A stretch of 64,000 nucleotides of DNA from Gaiellaceae bacterium (GTDB lineage Bacteria > Actinomycetota > Thermoleophilia > Gaiellales > Gaiellaceae): positions 3,941 to 67,940 of the forward strand of contig JBJMJR010000012.1 in the NCBI GenBank assembly GCA_045806245.1, written 5' to 3'. Made by a program: the position numbers and the translations under genes. A model generated the notes under the pieces. The model made no database searches and was not told the DNA's origin. It saw nothing but the letters and a program-made list of their open reading frames with translations. Positions 18,621 to 27,781 of this stretch are shown here, one piece after another; within the stretch, counting starts at the first letter, position 1; each line of letters starts with the position of its first letter.

Positions 18621-21600
18621 GCCTCAACGCCGAGCAGCGCGCGGCGGTCGACGCGCGCGGCCTCGTCTTCGTCTCCGCCGGCGCGGGGACCGGCAAAACG
18701 CGCGTGCTCGTCGAGCGCTTCGCGCGCGCCGTGTGCGACGAGGGCGTCGACGTCGAGTCGATCCTCGTGATCACGTACACCGAGAAAGCCGCCGGCGAGC
18801 TACGGACGCGCATTCGCGCCGGGCTCGTCGAGCGCGGGCGTCCCGACCTTGCGCGTGCGCTCGACGGGGCATGGATCTCCACGATCCACGGCTTCTGTCA
18901 CCGGCTGCTGCGCTCGCACCCGTTCGCCGCCGGCGTCGACCCGCGGTTCCGTGTGCTGGACGAGAGCCAGGGGCGCGTGCTGCGCGGCGAAGCGTTCCAG
19001 GCTGCGCTGACCGAGTTCTGCTCGGGCGACGATCCCGCGCGACTGCGCCTGCTCGCGGTGTACGGCGCCGACGGTCTCCGCCGCATGCTCACGGGCGTCT
19101 ACGAGACGCTGCGCTCGGCAGGCCGCGAGCTCGTGCTTGAGCTGGGCGAGCGCCGCAGCCTGCAGGAATGCGTCGACGAGTTCCACGAGGCGGCGCGGCT
19201 GCTCGGCGAGGACGTGTTGCTCGATCCCGAGCGGCCCGAGCGGCTGCTCGATCTCGGCGAGCTGCGGCGTCGCGGCGAGCGCGCGGCGAGCTACGAGGAG
19301 GCGCGCAAGAGCGTCGAGCAGGCGGCGCTCGACGAGCTCGCCGCCGGCGACCGCGACTTGCTGCAAGAGCTGCTGACGGCATTCGCGGCTGCGTACCAGG
19401 AGGCGAAGGATCGCGAGTCGGCGCTCGACTTCGAGGATTTGCAGCTGCGCGCGCGTGACCTGCTGCGCGACGATCCGGCGATTCGCGAGCGCGAGCAGCT
19501 GCGCTTCCGTGCGCTGATGGTCGACGAGTTCCAGGACACGAACCGCCTGCAGTGCGAGCTGATCGACCTGATTTCCGGAAACGGCTGCGAGCGCTTCTTC
19601 GTCGGCGACGAGTTCCAGTCCATCTACGGCTTTCGCCACGCCGACGTCCAGGTCTTCCGCGCGCGCCGCGCCGCGGCTGCGGACGGCGTGCTGCCGCTGA
19701 CGATGAACTACCGCTCGCGCCCCGAGGTGCTCGCCGTCGTCAACCACCTCTTCGGCAGCGACTTCGGCGACGAGTTCCAGCCGCTCGCCGCGTCGGGCGA
19801 GTTCCCCGACCCGGTCTTCGGGCCGCCCGTCGAGCTGCTCGTCACCGACAAGTCGTCGTACGCGGAGACGAACGTGCACTGGCGGCGCGGTGAGGCCCGC
19901 GCGATCGCGCGCCGCATCCGCGAGCTGATCGACGCCGGCGACGCGACGCCGGGTGAGATCGTCCTGCTCTTCCAGGCCGGCACCGATGCGGAGTGGTACG
20001 AGGAGGAGCTCCGCGCGCTCGGCGTCGCCACCTTCCGCGGCACCGGTCGCGGGTACTTCGGCCAGCAACAGGTCGTCGACCTGCTCTCGTACCTGCGGCT
20101 GCTGCGCAACCGCTACGACGACGAGGCGCTCGTGAGCGTGCTCGCGTCGCCGTTCGTCGGCGTCTCGAACGACGCGCTCGTGCTGCTGCGCCGCGCGGCG
20201 CCGAAGCGGCCGCTCTTCGTCGCGCTCGAGCGCGAGCTGCCGGAGACGTTCCCCGAGCGCGACGCGCAGCTCCTGCGCGCCTTCCGTCAGCGCTACGACC
20301 GGCTGACCGCTGCGTCGTCGCGGTTGTCGCTCGAGCGTTTGTGCGAACGCGTGCTCGCCGAGCACGACTACGACCTGGCCGTGCTCGCGCAATGGGACGG
20401 CCGCCGCCGCTACGCGAACCTGCGCAAGCTCGCCCGGCTCGCGCGCTCCTATGAGGAGCTGCGCGGCCCGGACGTCGAGGGCTTCGTCCGCTTCGTCCGC
20501 GACCAGGAGGCCGTCGGCGCGCGTGAGCTCGAGGCGGTCGCGGAGGAGGAGGGCGGCGATGCGGTGCGGCTGCTGACGATCCACGCCGCGAAAGGGCTGG
20601 AGTTCAAGGTCGTGGTCGTCGCCGACGCGGGGCGCGACAGGGCACCGCCGGCGTCCGACGAGATCCTTGCCCTCTCCGACGGGCGCTTCGGCTTCCGCGT
20701 TGCCGATCCGCTCACGAGCGAGCGTCGCGGCGCCTACGCCTACGAGGCCGTGAAGGAAGCGCGCAAGGCCGAGGAGCGGGCCGAGCGCCTCCGCCTCTAC
20801 TACGTCGCGATGACACGCGCGATCGACCGCCTGATCGTCTCCGGGTCGATCGACCCTGGGCGCACGGCCGACGAGACGACGCCGATCGGCTGGGTGCTCG
20901 GGCGGCTCGACGCGCGCGCCGAGATCGAGCAGGCGCAGGAGCCGGTCGAGCTCGAGCGCGAGGGCGTGCGCGTGATTTTGCGCGTCGACCGCTTCGCCGA
21001 AGAGGCGCCGCCTGCTGTGGAGCCTGTCGCGGAAGACGGCCAGCTCGCGCTCTTCGCCGAGGGCGCCGTCGCAGCACTGCCGCCGCTCGTGCCGCCGCTG
21101 CCGCCGCTCGCCGACATTCCGGCGCCGCCGCTGCACCGCGTGCGGCGACTGTCGTTCAGTGCGCTGGCGCTGTTCGAGCGCTGCTCGTACCGCTACTACG
21201 CCGAGCGCGTCGTCGGGATGCGTCCCACTGACGAGCGCAACGCCGCGCCGGGAACGACGGGCCTCGCCGCGACCGAGATCGGCGACGCCGTCCATCGACT
21301 GCTCGAGCTGGTCAACCTGCAGGAGCCGCTGCCGCCCGACGATGTCGCCTCGCTCGTCCGCGGCTGGTATCCGCGCGTGAACGACCAGGAGCTCGAGCGC
21401 ATCGCCGGCTTCGTCCGCTCCTATTGCGAATCCGACCTCGCGCGCCGGGTCGCGACGCTGACCGGCCCGCGTCCGGAGCGTCCCTTCGCGTTCGAGCACG
21501 ACGGCGTCCTTCTCCACGGCCGCCTCGACGTGCTGCAGCAGGACGGCGACGGCGCGCTCGTCGTCGACTACAAGACCAACTCGCTCGACGAGGGCACGCC

Positions 21601-21919
21601 CGAGGAGATCGTCGACCACGACTACCACCTCCAGCGGCTCGTCTATGCACTCGCGTGCTTCCGCGCCGGAGCGCAGGAGGTCGAGGTTGTCTACCACTTC
21701 CTCGAGCGGCCGGACGCCGTCGTCGCGACGGTCTTCGAGCGCACGAAGTTGCCCGAGCTCGAGGCCGAGCTGAGCGAGGCGATCGCCCGGATCAACGCCG
21801 GCGAGTTCCGGCCGACGCCCGACGACTTCATCTGCGCCGGCTGCCCGGCACTCGACGTCGTCTGCGGCGGGCCGCGGCTCCGTTCTGCGCTCGCCGCAGA
21901 AGCGTTTGTCGCCGCGTAG
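18617..21919 (+). CDS. addA: AddA-type UvrD/Rep helicase with C-terminal RecB-family nuclease
   Basis: Start re-called to ATG 18617. Walker A 'SAGAGTGKT', motif II 'VDEFQDTN', 'TIHAAKGLEF', and C-terminal nuclease 'ALVVDYKTN'. Confidence 0.85.
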   Translation: MSLNAEQRAAVDARGLVFVSAGAGTGKTRVLVERFARAVCDEGVDVESILVITYTEKAAGELRTRIRAGLVERGRPDLARALDGAWISTIHGFCHRLLRSHPFAAGVDPRFRVLDESQGRVLRGEAFQAALTEFCSGDDPARLRLLAVYGADGLRRMLTGVYETLRSAGRELVLELGERRSLQECVDEFHEAARLLGEDVLLDPERPERLLDLGELRRRGERAASYEEARKSVEQAALDELAAGDRDLLQELLTAFAAAYQEAKDRESALDFEDLQLRARDLLRDDPAIREREQLRFRALMVDEFQDTNRLQCELIDLISGNGCERFFVGDEFQSIYGFRHADVQVFRARRAAAADGVLPLTMNYRSRPEVLAVVNHLFGSDFGDEFQPLAASGEFPDPVFGPPVELLVTDKSSYAETNVHWRRGEARAIARRIRELIDAGDATPGEIVLLFQAGTDAEWYEEELRALGVATFRGTGRGYFGQQQVVDLLSYLRLLRNRYDDEALVSVLASPFVGVSNDALVLLRRAAPKRPLFVALERELPETFPERDAQLLRAFRQRYDRLTAASSRLSLERLCERVLAEHDYDLAVLAQWDGRRRYANLRKLARLARSYEELRGPDVEGFVRFVRDQEAVGARELEAVAEEEGGDAVRLLTIHAAKGLEFKVVVVADAGRDRAPPASDEILALSDGRFGFRVADPLTSERRGAYAYEAVKEARKAEERAERLRLYYVAMTRAIDRLIVSGSIDPGRTADETTPIGWVLGRLDARAEIEQAQEPVELEREGVRVILRVDRFAEEAPPAVEPVAEDGQLALFAEGAVAALPPLVPPLPPLADIPAPPLHRVRRLSFSALALFERCSYRYYAERVVGMRPTDERNAAPGTTGLAATEIGDAVHRLLELVNLQEPLPPDDVASLVRGWYPRVNDQELERIAGFVRSYCESDLARRVATLTGPRPERPFAFEHDGVLLHGRLDVLQQDGDGALVVDYKTNSLDEGTPEEIVDHDYHLQRLVYALACFRAGAQEVEVVYHFLERPDAVVATVFERTKLPELEAELSEAIARINAGEFRPTPDDFICAGCPALDVVCGGPRLRSALAAEAFVAA

Positions 21920-22577
21920 CTACCTGCACGAGGCGCGGCGCCGCGTGGCGCCGAAGCGCGAGCGCATCCGGCCGATCATCGAGCGCCTCGCCGCGGCGCA
22001 TCCCGACGCGACGATCGCACTGAAGTCGCGGTCGGATCTCGAGCTGCTCGTGGCGGTGATGCTCTCCGCGCAGACGACGGATGTGAACGTCAACCGGGTG
22101 ACGGAGCGGCTGTTCGTCAAGTACCGCCGGCCGGAGGACTACCTCGCGGTGCCGCCGGAGGAGCTCGAGCGAGACATCTTCGCCACGGGCTTCTACCGGC
22201 AGAAGGCGAAGTCGCTGCGCGGCACGATGCTGATGCTGCTGCAGGAGTTCGACGGAGAGGTGCCGCGCGACCTCGACCAGCTCGTGCGCCTGCCCGGCGT
22301 CGCGCGCAAGACGGCGAACGTCGTCGCGGCGGAGCTCGGGACGCCGCAGGGCATCGTCGTCGACACGCATGTGCGCCGCTTGTCGCAGCGCCTGCGGCTA
22401 ACCCGCCAGGAGGATCCGGTGAAGATCGAGCGCGATCTGGTCAAGCTCGTGCCGCGCGAAGACTGGGGCCGGTTTCCGCATCTCCTGATCTGGCATGGCC
22501 GGCGTGTCTGCATCGCGCGCACGCCACGCTGCGAAGATTGTGTCCTGACCGATCTCTGCCCGTCGTCTCGTGTCTGA
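21906..22577 (+). CDS. nth: endonuclease III
   Basis: HhH-GPD 'LPGVARKTANVV...VDTHV.R' and 4Fe-4S loop 'CIARTPRCEDCVLTDLC'. The start is uncertain (TTG 21906 or GTG 21945). Confidence 0.85.
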   Translation: MSPRSYLHEARRRVAPKRERIRPIIERLAAAHPDATIALKSRSDLELLVAVMLSAQTTDVNVNRVTERLFVKYRRPEDYLAVPPEELERDIFATGFYRQKAKSLRGTMLMLLQEFDGEVPRDLDQLVRLPGVARKTANVVAAELGTPQGIVVDTHVRRLSQRLRLTRQEDPVKIERDLVKLVPREDWGRFPHLLIWHGRRVCIARTPRCEDCVLTDLCPSSRV

Positions 22578-23343
22578 GCTTCAGCATCCGCAAGCGCGCG
22601 CGTTTGAGCGCGTCGCGGACGTGTACGAGCGCGCACGCCCGGAGTATCCGGCCGAAGCCGTCGCATGGATGGTGGATCAGCTCGATATCCGCGACGGACG
22701 GACGGTGCTCGATCTCGGTGCGGGCACCGGCAAGCTGACGCGCGCCCTCGTGCCGACCGGAGCGCATGTGATCGCGGTCGAGCCCGGCGAGCGGATGCTC
22801 GCCGAGTTGCGGCGCGTCGTACCCGGCGTCGAGGCGCTGCTCGGCGCGGCAGAAGCGATCCCGCTCCCGGACGACTCCGTCGATGCGGTCACCGTCGGCC
22901 AGGCGTTCCACTGGTTCCGGCACGACGAGGCTGTGCCGGAGCTGCATCGCGTGCTGCGTCCCGGCGGCGGCGTCGCCCTGATTTGGAATTCGCGCGATGT
23001 CGAGCGTCCGCTGCAGCGGGACGTCAGCGAGCTGATGAAGCGATTCATTCCGCGTGACCGACCGCCCGTCGGCCATTCCGCACGCTCCTTGGAGGCGAGC
23101 GACCTGTTCGGGCCGGTCGACCGCAGGGCATTCCCATTCGCGCAGCGACTCGATGGAGACGGTCTCGTCGAACGGATCGCATCCGTCAGCTTCGTCGCCG
23201 CTGCGCCGGCCGAAGCGCGTGCCGAGCTCGAGCGTGAGTTGCGCAAGGTCGCCGCCGCCGAAGGCGGGACCGTCGAGTTCGCCTACCTGACCGAGGTGTA
23301 CGTCAGCCGCGCGGTCAAGGCGCCGTCTCGCGGCGCCGCTTAG
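22570..23343 (+). CDS. class I SAM-dependent methyltransferase
   Basis: Motif I 'VLDLGAGTGKLT' and post-I 'VIAVEP'. 8-nt overlap with the nth stop. Confidence 0.75.
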   Translation: MSELQHPQARAFERVADVYERARPEYPAEAVAWMVDQLDIRDGRTVLDLGAGTGKLTRALVPTGAHVIAVEPGERMLAELRRVVPGVEALLGAAEAIPLPDDSVDAVTVGQAFHWFRHDEAVPELHRVLRPGGGVALIWNSRDVERPLQRDVSELMKRFIPRDRPPVGHSARSLEASDLFGPVDRRAFPFAQRLDGDGLVERIASVSFVAAAPAEARAELERELRKVAAAEGGTVEFAYLTEVYVSRAVKAPSRGAA

Positions 23344-23344
23344 A

Positions 23345-23371
23345 GGCCGTGCGGGCTTTGCCCGCGCGGCC
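23345..23371. repeat. GC-rich hairpin at a convergent gene junction, related to 13189..13215
   Basis: GGCCGTGCGGGC-TTT-GCCCGCGCGGCC (11 WC + 1 GU), preceded by AGAGG. Relative to the copy at 13189 it differs by a compensatory A:T to G:C change in the stem. Confidence 0.5.
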
Positions 23372-23384
23372 GCTCAACGCACAG

Positions 23385-23861
23385 TCATTGGCTACCGACG
23401 TGTGAGCTAGCAGGCGCCCGCGGCGTGAGCGCTACGAGGAGGCCGCCGTCCTCGTCGTAGGCGGGGAAGAAGTCGGCGGTCACCGGCTTCTGCTGGCCGG
23501 CGCGCGTCCGCAGGACGAGCTGTTCGCCGAGGCGCCGCACGCCCCACTCGAGCGAGATCGCCGCGGGGCTCTGGTCGCCGCTCCAGCCGTTCAGCCCAAA
23601 GCGCTCGACGACTTCCGCGCCGAGCAGCTCGTGCTCGCGGTAGCCGGCGAGCTCGAAGACACCGCGGCCGGCCGCGAGAATCCGGCCTTCCCGGTCGCAG
23701 ACCACGAACCCGGTGTTCGGGCCCGGGTAGTAGTCGTCCATCAGCTCGAAGAGGAAGCCGAAGCCGCAGCGCTCGCACGCGACGGGAACGTTGTCGATCT
23801 CCTGCAGGCCGTCGTGGTCGATCGAGCGTTGCTTGCAGTTCGGGCAGATGAAATACGGCAC
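23385..23861 (-). CDS. zinc-ribbon + PAS-domain protein
   Basis: N-terminal 'CPNCKQ...CERCG', followed by a PAS-like core ('GFVVCDREGRILAAGRGVFELAGYREHELLG'). It lies 22 nt downstream of corA on the same strand. Confidence 0.65.
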   Translation of the reverse strand: MPYFICPNCKQRSIDHDGLQEIDNVPVACERCGFGFLFELMDDYYPGPNTGFVVCDREGRILAAGRGVFELAGYREHELLGAEVVERFGLNGWSGDQSPAAISLEWGVRRLGEQLVLRTRAGQQKPVTADFFPAYDEDGGLLVALTPRAPASSHVGSQ

Positions 23862-23883
23862 GACGTCAAGGTAGCCGGTGGCG

Positions 23884-24852
23884 CTAGATCCACCTCTTGC
23901 GCCGGTAATAGACGAGCTGGGCGATCGTCGTCGCGACGATGAGGCCCCACGACCAGCCGTAGCCGAACCGCCAGCCGAGCTCCGGGAAGTCGTGCCTGAA
24001 GTTCTGGCCGTAGAGCCCGACGATGAACGTCGGCAGCAGCAGGAGCGATGCGATCACCGTCAGTTTCTTCATCACCTCGTTCTGGTCGTTCGCGATCTTC
24101 GTCTGGAGGTAGTCGCGTGCGCTGTTGATCAGGTCGCGCGACAGCTCGAGCCCGTCGAACGCGCGCAGGAGCTTGTCGTACGCGCTGTTGAACGCAATCT
24201 CGACCTCGTGCGGGAAGACCTCTTGGCCCTGCTCGACCTCGATCACGTTGTCCGTGATGCGGCGGATCGCGTCGCGCGTGGGAGAGAGTGTGCGGCGGAT
24301 GTGCAGCAGGTCGTGCCGCAAGTCGCTCAGGCGCTTCCGCGACTCGGTGGCCGGCGCCGCCTCGATGTGGTCCTCGAGCTCGTCGATCTCCTCGTCGAGT
24401 GCGTCGACGAGGTCGAGGTAGTGCTCCGCGATGTCGTCGACGAGGCGGTAGAACATCATTCCAGCCTCGTCGTTCGGGTGGCACGACGCGCGCACGGGCC
24501 GCGGGTCGTACGGCTCCTCTCCCGGCGGTGTCTTGCTGACGGTGACAAGCACGTCGTGTGTGAGGACGACGTCGACCTGCTGGTAGAACACTCGGTCCTC
24601 GTTCGGAACCGCGATCGCCAGCAGGAAGACGCCGAAGATGTAGTCGCCGTGCGCCTGCAGCGTCGGCCGCGGCTCGTCCTCGTGCTGCGCCGGCGCCAGC
24701 AGCAGCTCGAGCGCCGACTCCTGCACCTCGCGCGGCAGCTTCGCGCGGAGCTCCTCCGGGGACGGATCGATGAGGTCGATCCACTCGGCCATGGTGCGAG
24801 GGTAGAGGGCGAGTCGGCTGGCGAAATCGCGATTTCGCTCGGCCTCGTTCAA
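23884..24852 (-). CDS. corA: CorA-family (2-TM-GxN) divalent cation transporter with a GQN motif
   Basis: Typical length. C-terminal 2 TM helices with 'FIVGLYGQNF' where canonical CorA has YGMNF, and a basic tail 'YYRRKRWI'. Confidence 0.8.
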   Translation of the reverse strand: MNEAERNRDFASRLALYPRTMAEWIDLIDPSPEELRAKLPREVQESALELLLAPAQHEDEPRPTLQAHGDYIFGVFLLAIAVPNEDRVFYQQVDVVLTHDVLVTVSKTPPGEEPYDPRPVRASCHPNDEAGMMFYRLVDDIAEHYLDLVDALDEEIDELEDHIEAAPATESRKRLSDLRHDLLHIRRTLSPTRDAIRRITDNVIEVEQGQEVFPHEVEIAFNSAYDKLLRAFDGLELSRDLINSARDYLQTKIANDQNEVMKKLTVIASLLLLPTFIVGLYGQNFRHDFPELGWRFGYGWSWGLIVATTIAQLVYYRRKRWI

Positions 24853-24956
24853 GCGTGCCGAATGGCGAATCGCGGACGGATCGGAGGCAGAGCCTCCGAT
24901 CCTGATGACGGCACCGCAGGCGGCGCCGTGGAGAGTCGAGCGCGTGTCGGCTGCAG

Positions 24957-25925
24957 CTAGAGCCGCGGAGCGGCCTCGGCCGCCATCAAGTGTCCCTCGA
25001 TGGCGGCGAGGTAGCGCTCGGCGTCGAGCGCGCCCATACAGCCGGACCCCGCGGCCGTGATCGCCTGCCGGTACACGTGGTCCTGCACATCGCCGACGGC
25101 GAAGACGCCCGGGATGTTCGTCTCGGTCGAGCCCGGCTTGGTGGTCAGGTAGCCGGCGTCGTCGTGCTCGAGCTGGTCGAGGAAGAGCGCCGTGTTGGGA
25201 TCGTGGCCGATGGCCGCGAACACGCCGTCGGCTTCGAGCTCCCAGGTCTCGTCGGTGTTGACGTCGCGCAGCCTGACGCCGGTCACGCGCTGTTCGCCGA
25301 GCACCTCGTCGACCAGCGCGTTCGTGACCCAGTCGATCTTGTCGTTCGCGCGCGCGCGGTCGACCATGATCTGCGACGCGCGGAATTCATCGCGTCGGTG
25401 CACGATCGTCACCTTCGCGGCGAAACGCGCGAGGAAGTTCGCCTCCTCCATCGCGGAGTCGCCGCCGCCGACGACCACGACGTGCTTGTCGGGGAAGAAC
25501 GCGGCGTCACAGGTCGCGCAGTAGGACACGCCGCGGCCCTGCAGGCGCTGCTCCGACGCGAGCCCCAGTTGCCGCGCGGTCGCGCCCGTCGCCACGATCA
25601 CCGTCTGCGCCCGATACTCCTCGTCGCCGACGTAAACGCGGTGCGGCCGCTCGGAGAAGTCGACCCTGGTGACGTCGTCGGTCACGAACTCCGCGCCGAA
25701 GCGCTCCGCCTGGCGGCGGAAGTCGGCCATCATCTCGGGCCCCAGCACGCCTTCGGTGTAGCCGGGGTAGTTCTCCACGTCGCTCGTGATCATCAGCTGG
25801 CCGCCCCAGTTGAAGCCTTCGATCACGAGCGGATTCAGATTCGCGCGCGCGGCATACAGGGCGGCGGTGTACCCGGCGGGGCCGCCGCCGATGATGATCA
25901 CGTGGCGAACGTCGTTGTCGGTCAT
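24957..25925 (-). CDS. trxB: thioredoxin-disulfide reductase
   Basis: 'IIIGGGPAGYTAALYAAR', redox-active 'CATCD', and 'VVGGGDSAMEEA'. SD GGAGGG upstream. Confidence 0.9.
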   Translation of the reverse strand: MTDNDVRHVIIIGGGPAGYTAALYAARANLNPLVIEGFNWGGQLMITSDVENYPGYTEGVLGPEMMADFRRQAERFGAEFVTDDVTRVDFSERPHRVYVGDEEYRAQTVIVATGATARQLGLASEQRLQGRGVSYCATCDAAFFPDKHVVVVGGGDSAMEEANFLARFAAKVTIVHRRDEFRASQIMVDRARANDKIDWVTNALVDEVLGEQRVTGVRLRDVNTDETWELEADGVFAAIGHDPNTALFLDQLEHDDAGYLTTKPGSTETNIPGVFAVGDVQDHVYRQAITAAGSGCMGALDAERYLAAIEGHLMAAEAAPRL

Positions 25926-26093
25926 GTTCTCGTACTTCCCTCCTGCTGTATTAAACGAATCCGGTCGGCCGAACCTTCCGCGGTTTGGAGCTGGACTCCG
26001 GAAGGTTTCGAGCCAATGGCGTTAGTTCAGACGGCGGCTCGGTCAGAGCCCGAGCCGCCTCTAGCGGCGCCGCCGAGTCGGCGCCTTCGCAGG

Positions 26094-26612
26094 CTAGGCG
26101 ACGAAGGCCCCGCAAAGGTAGAGCTTTCCGTCCCGGATCTCGGCGCCCGGATAGAGGTCGTGCGCCTCGGCCCGGCCGGGGCCGAGGAGATGGGTGACGT
26201 CGGCGCCGCGCGCGGTGAGGAGCTCGGCGATCAGCCGGCGGTGGCACTTCTGCCAGGGCGTCTCCGCGCACATGAAGCACGGCCCCGGCTGGGCGAGCTC
26301 GGCGGCGAGGCCCGCCTGCCACTCCTGGGTGCGCATCCGGGCCGCGTAGCTGCGGAACGCCGGGGTCCGGATGCACGTGAACTCCTCCTCGCCGGGCTCG
26401 CCGCTGAGGCGCCCGCCGAGTTCGACGGCGTGGCGGTACGCGATGCCCGCCTCCGCGAGCGCCTCTTGCAACGGTCGCCGGTTGAACTGAGGGTTCCGTC
26501 GCGAGGCCGGGAAGCGCCGCACGTCGACGAGGGTCCGCACCTCCGCTTCGCGCAGCGTGTCGAGCAGCTCAGTGAGCGGGCGAATGCCGTGGCCGACGGT
26601 GAACGCATGCAT
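26094..26612 (-). CDS. DUF488-family protein
   Basis: Start re-called to ATG 26612; the track ORF ran to 26993. 'TVGHG......L...L......LVDVRR.P.SRRNPQF' and 'C.E..P..CHRRLIAE' are DUF488 hallmarks. Confidence 0.7.
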   Translation of the reverse strand: MHAFTVGHGIRPLTELLDTLREAEVRTLVDVRRFPASRRNPQFNRRPLQEALAEAGIAYRHAVELGGRLSGEPGEEEFTCIRTPAFRSYAARMRTQEWQAGLAAELAQPGPCFMCAETPWQKCHRRLIAELLTARGADVTHLLGPGRAEAHDLYPGAEIRDGKLYLCGAFVA

Positions 26613-26646
26613 ACAATCTCGCCTCCATGGTAGGTAGGGGCAGGCG

Positions 26647-27780
26647 ATGGCCGACACCGTGACGTGGGCGACACTGCGGCAGCTCGCGGGCTTCCGCGCG
26701 GAGAACGGGTGCGCGACGACCCTGTACCTCAATCTCGACCCTTCCGAGGTCCCGACCGCGGGCGATGCGCAGACGCGGATGAACGCGCTCCTGAGCAGTG
26801 CCGAGAAGATCGACCGCAAGAACCTGACGCACGAGCAGCGTGGCGCGCTCAAGGGCGACTTCGAGCGGATCGCCCGCTGGTTCGACGACGACTTCGACCG
26901 GGACGGCGCCCAGGGAGTCGTCGTCTTCGCGGCCGGCCTCGACAACTTCTGGTCCGCGTTCCGGCTGCCGGAGCCGGTGCCGGACCGCTTCAACGTCGGG
27001 CACGAGCTCTACCTCGCGCCGCTCGTCCCCGTGGTCGCGCGCGCCGACGGAACGCTCGTCGCCGTCGTCGGTCGCGAGCAGGGCCAGCTGCTGCGCTTGC
27101 GCGCGGGCCGGCTCGAGGAGATCGGCGACTACTCGGACGAGGCGCCGGGGCGTCACGATCAGGGCGGCTGGTCGCAGGCGCGCTACCAGCGCCACATCGA
27201 CAAGCTCGTGCAGGAGCACGTGAAGGACGTCGCCGAGGTGCTCGACCGCAGCCGGCGGCGCCTGCACATTCCGAAGATCGTGCTCGTCTGCTCGGAGGAG
27301 ATGCGCGCGGACTTCCTCGACGCACTCTCTGCGGATGCGCGCGACGCGGTCGTCGGCTGGGCGTCGGCCGAGGCGCACGCCGGCCCGGCGGAGCTCCTCC
27401 AGGTGGTCATGCCGGTGCTGGAGGAGTCAGAGGCGACGGCTGAGGCGGAGGTGCTCGCGCGCTGGCGCGAAGACGCCGGGCGCGGAACGCGCGCAGCGTC
27501 CGGCTGGGAGGAGACGCTCGAGGCGGCTTCCGACGGCCGCGTCGAGGTGCTGCTGTTTCAGGACGGCGTCGACCACGCGGCGTTTCGCTGCCCCGCCTGC
27601 GGTCGTGCCGCAGCGTCCGGCGGCAGCTGCCCGCTCGACGGCACGAGCCTCGAGGCGACCGACGCCGGCCTCGACCTGGCCGTCCACCAGACGCTCGCGC
27701 ACGGCGGCGAGGTGTGGGCGATTCGCCACCAGCAGGACCTCGCGCCCGTCGAGGGCATCGGCGCCCTGCTTCGGTTCTAA
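26647..27780 (+). CDS. bacterial eRF1/Pelota-like (baeRF / Vms1-like) protein with C-terminal zinc knuckle
   Basis: 'GRHDQGGWSQARYQRH' sits where eRF1 has 'HGRGGQSALRFARLR'. 'GWEETLEAASDGRVEVLL' resembles the eRF1 C-domain. 'CPACG...CPLDG' insert. Terminal 'EGIGALLRF' versus eRF1 'GGIGGILRY'. Confidence 0.7.
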   Translation: MADTVTWATLRQLAGFRAENGCATTLYLNLDPSEVPTAGDAQTRMNALLSSAEKIDRKNLTHEQRGALKGDFERIARWFDDDFDRDGAQGVVVFAAGLDNFWSAFRLPEPVPDRFNVGHELYLAPLVPVVARADGTLVAVVGREQGQLLRLRAGRLEEIGDYSDEAPGRHDQGGWSQARYQRHIDKLVQEHVKDVAEVLDRSRRRLHIPKIVLVCSEEMRADFLDALSADARDAVVGWASAEAHAGPAELLQVVMPVLEESEATAEAEVLARWREDAGRGTRAASGWEETLEAASDGRVEVLLFQDGVDHAAFRCPACGRAAASGGSCPLDGTSLEATDAGLDLAVHQTLAHGGEVWAIRHQQDLAPVEGIGALLRF

Positions 27781-27781
27781 G

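Noticed and set aside
21075-21135. Repetitive CCGCCGCT(C/G) DNA inside addA (protein 'LPPLVPPLPPLADIPAPPL')
   Set aside because: This is a Pro-rich inter-domain linker within a continuous reading frame, not a separate repeat element.
18800-21697. 965-aa ORF antisense to addA
   Set aside because: Same reasoning. The sense strand has complete UvrD helicase and RecB nuclease motifs, while the antisense product is low-complexity and Arg/Asp/Glu-rich.
25976-26085. Three consecutive hairpins between the DUF488 gene and trxB, considered as a possible small RNA (the 'CCGGAAGG' motif briefly suggested SRP RNA)
   Set aside because: The SRP domain-IV consensus and overall architecture are absent. The position downstream of the DUF488 stop fits ordinary GC-rich terminator structures.
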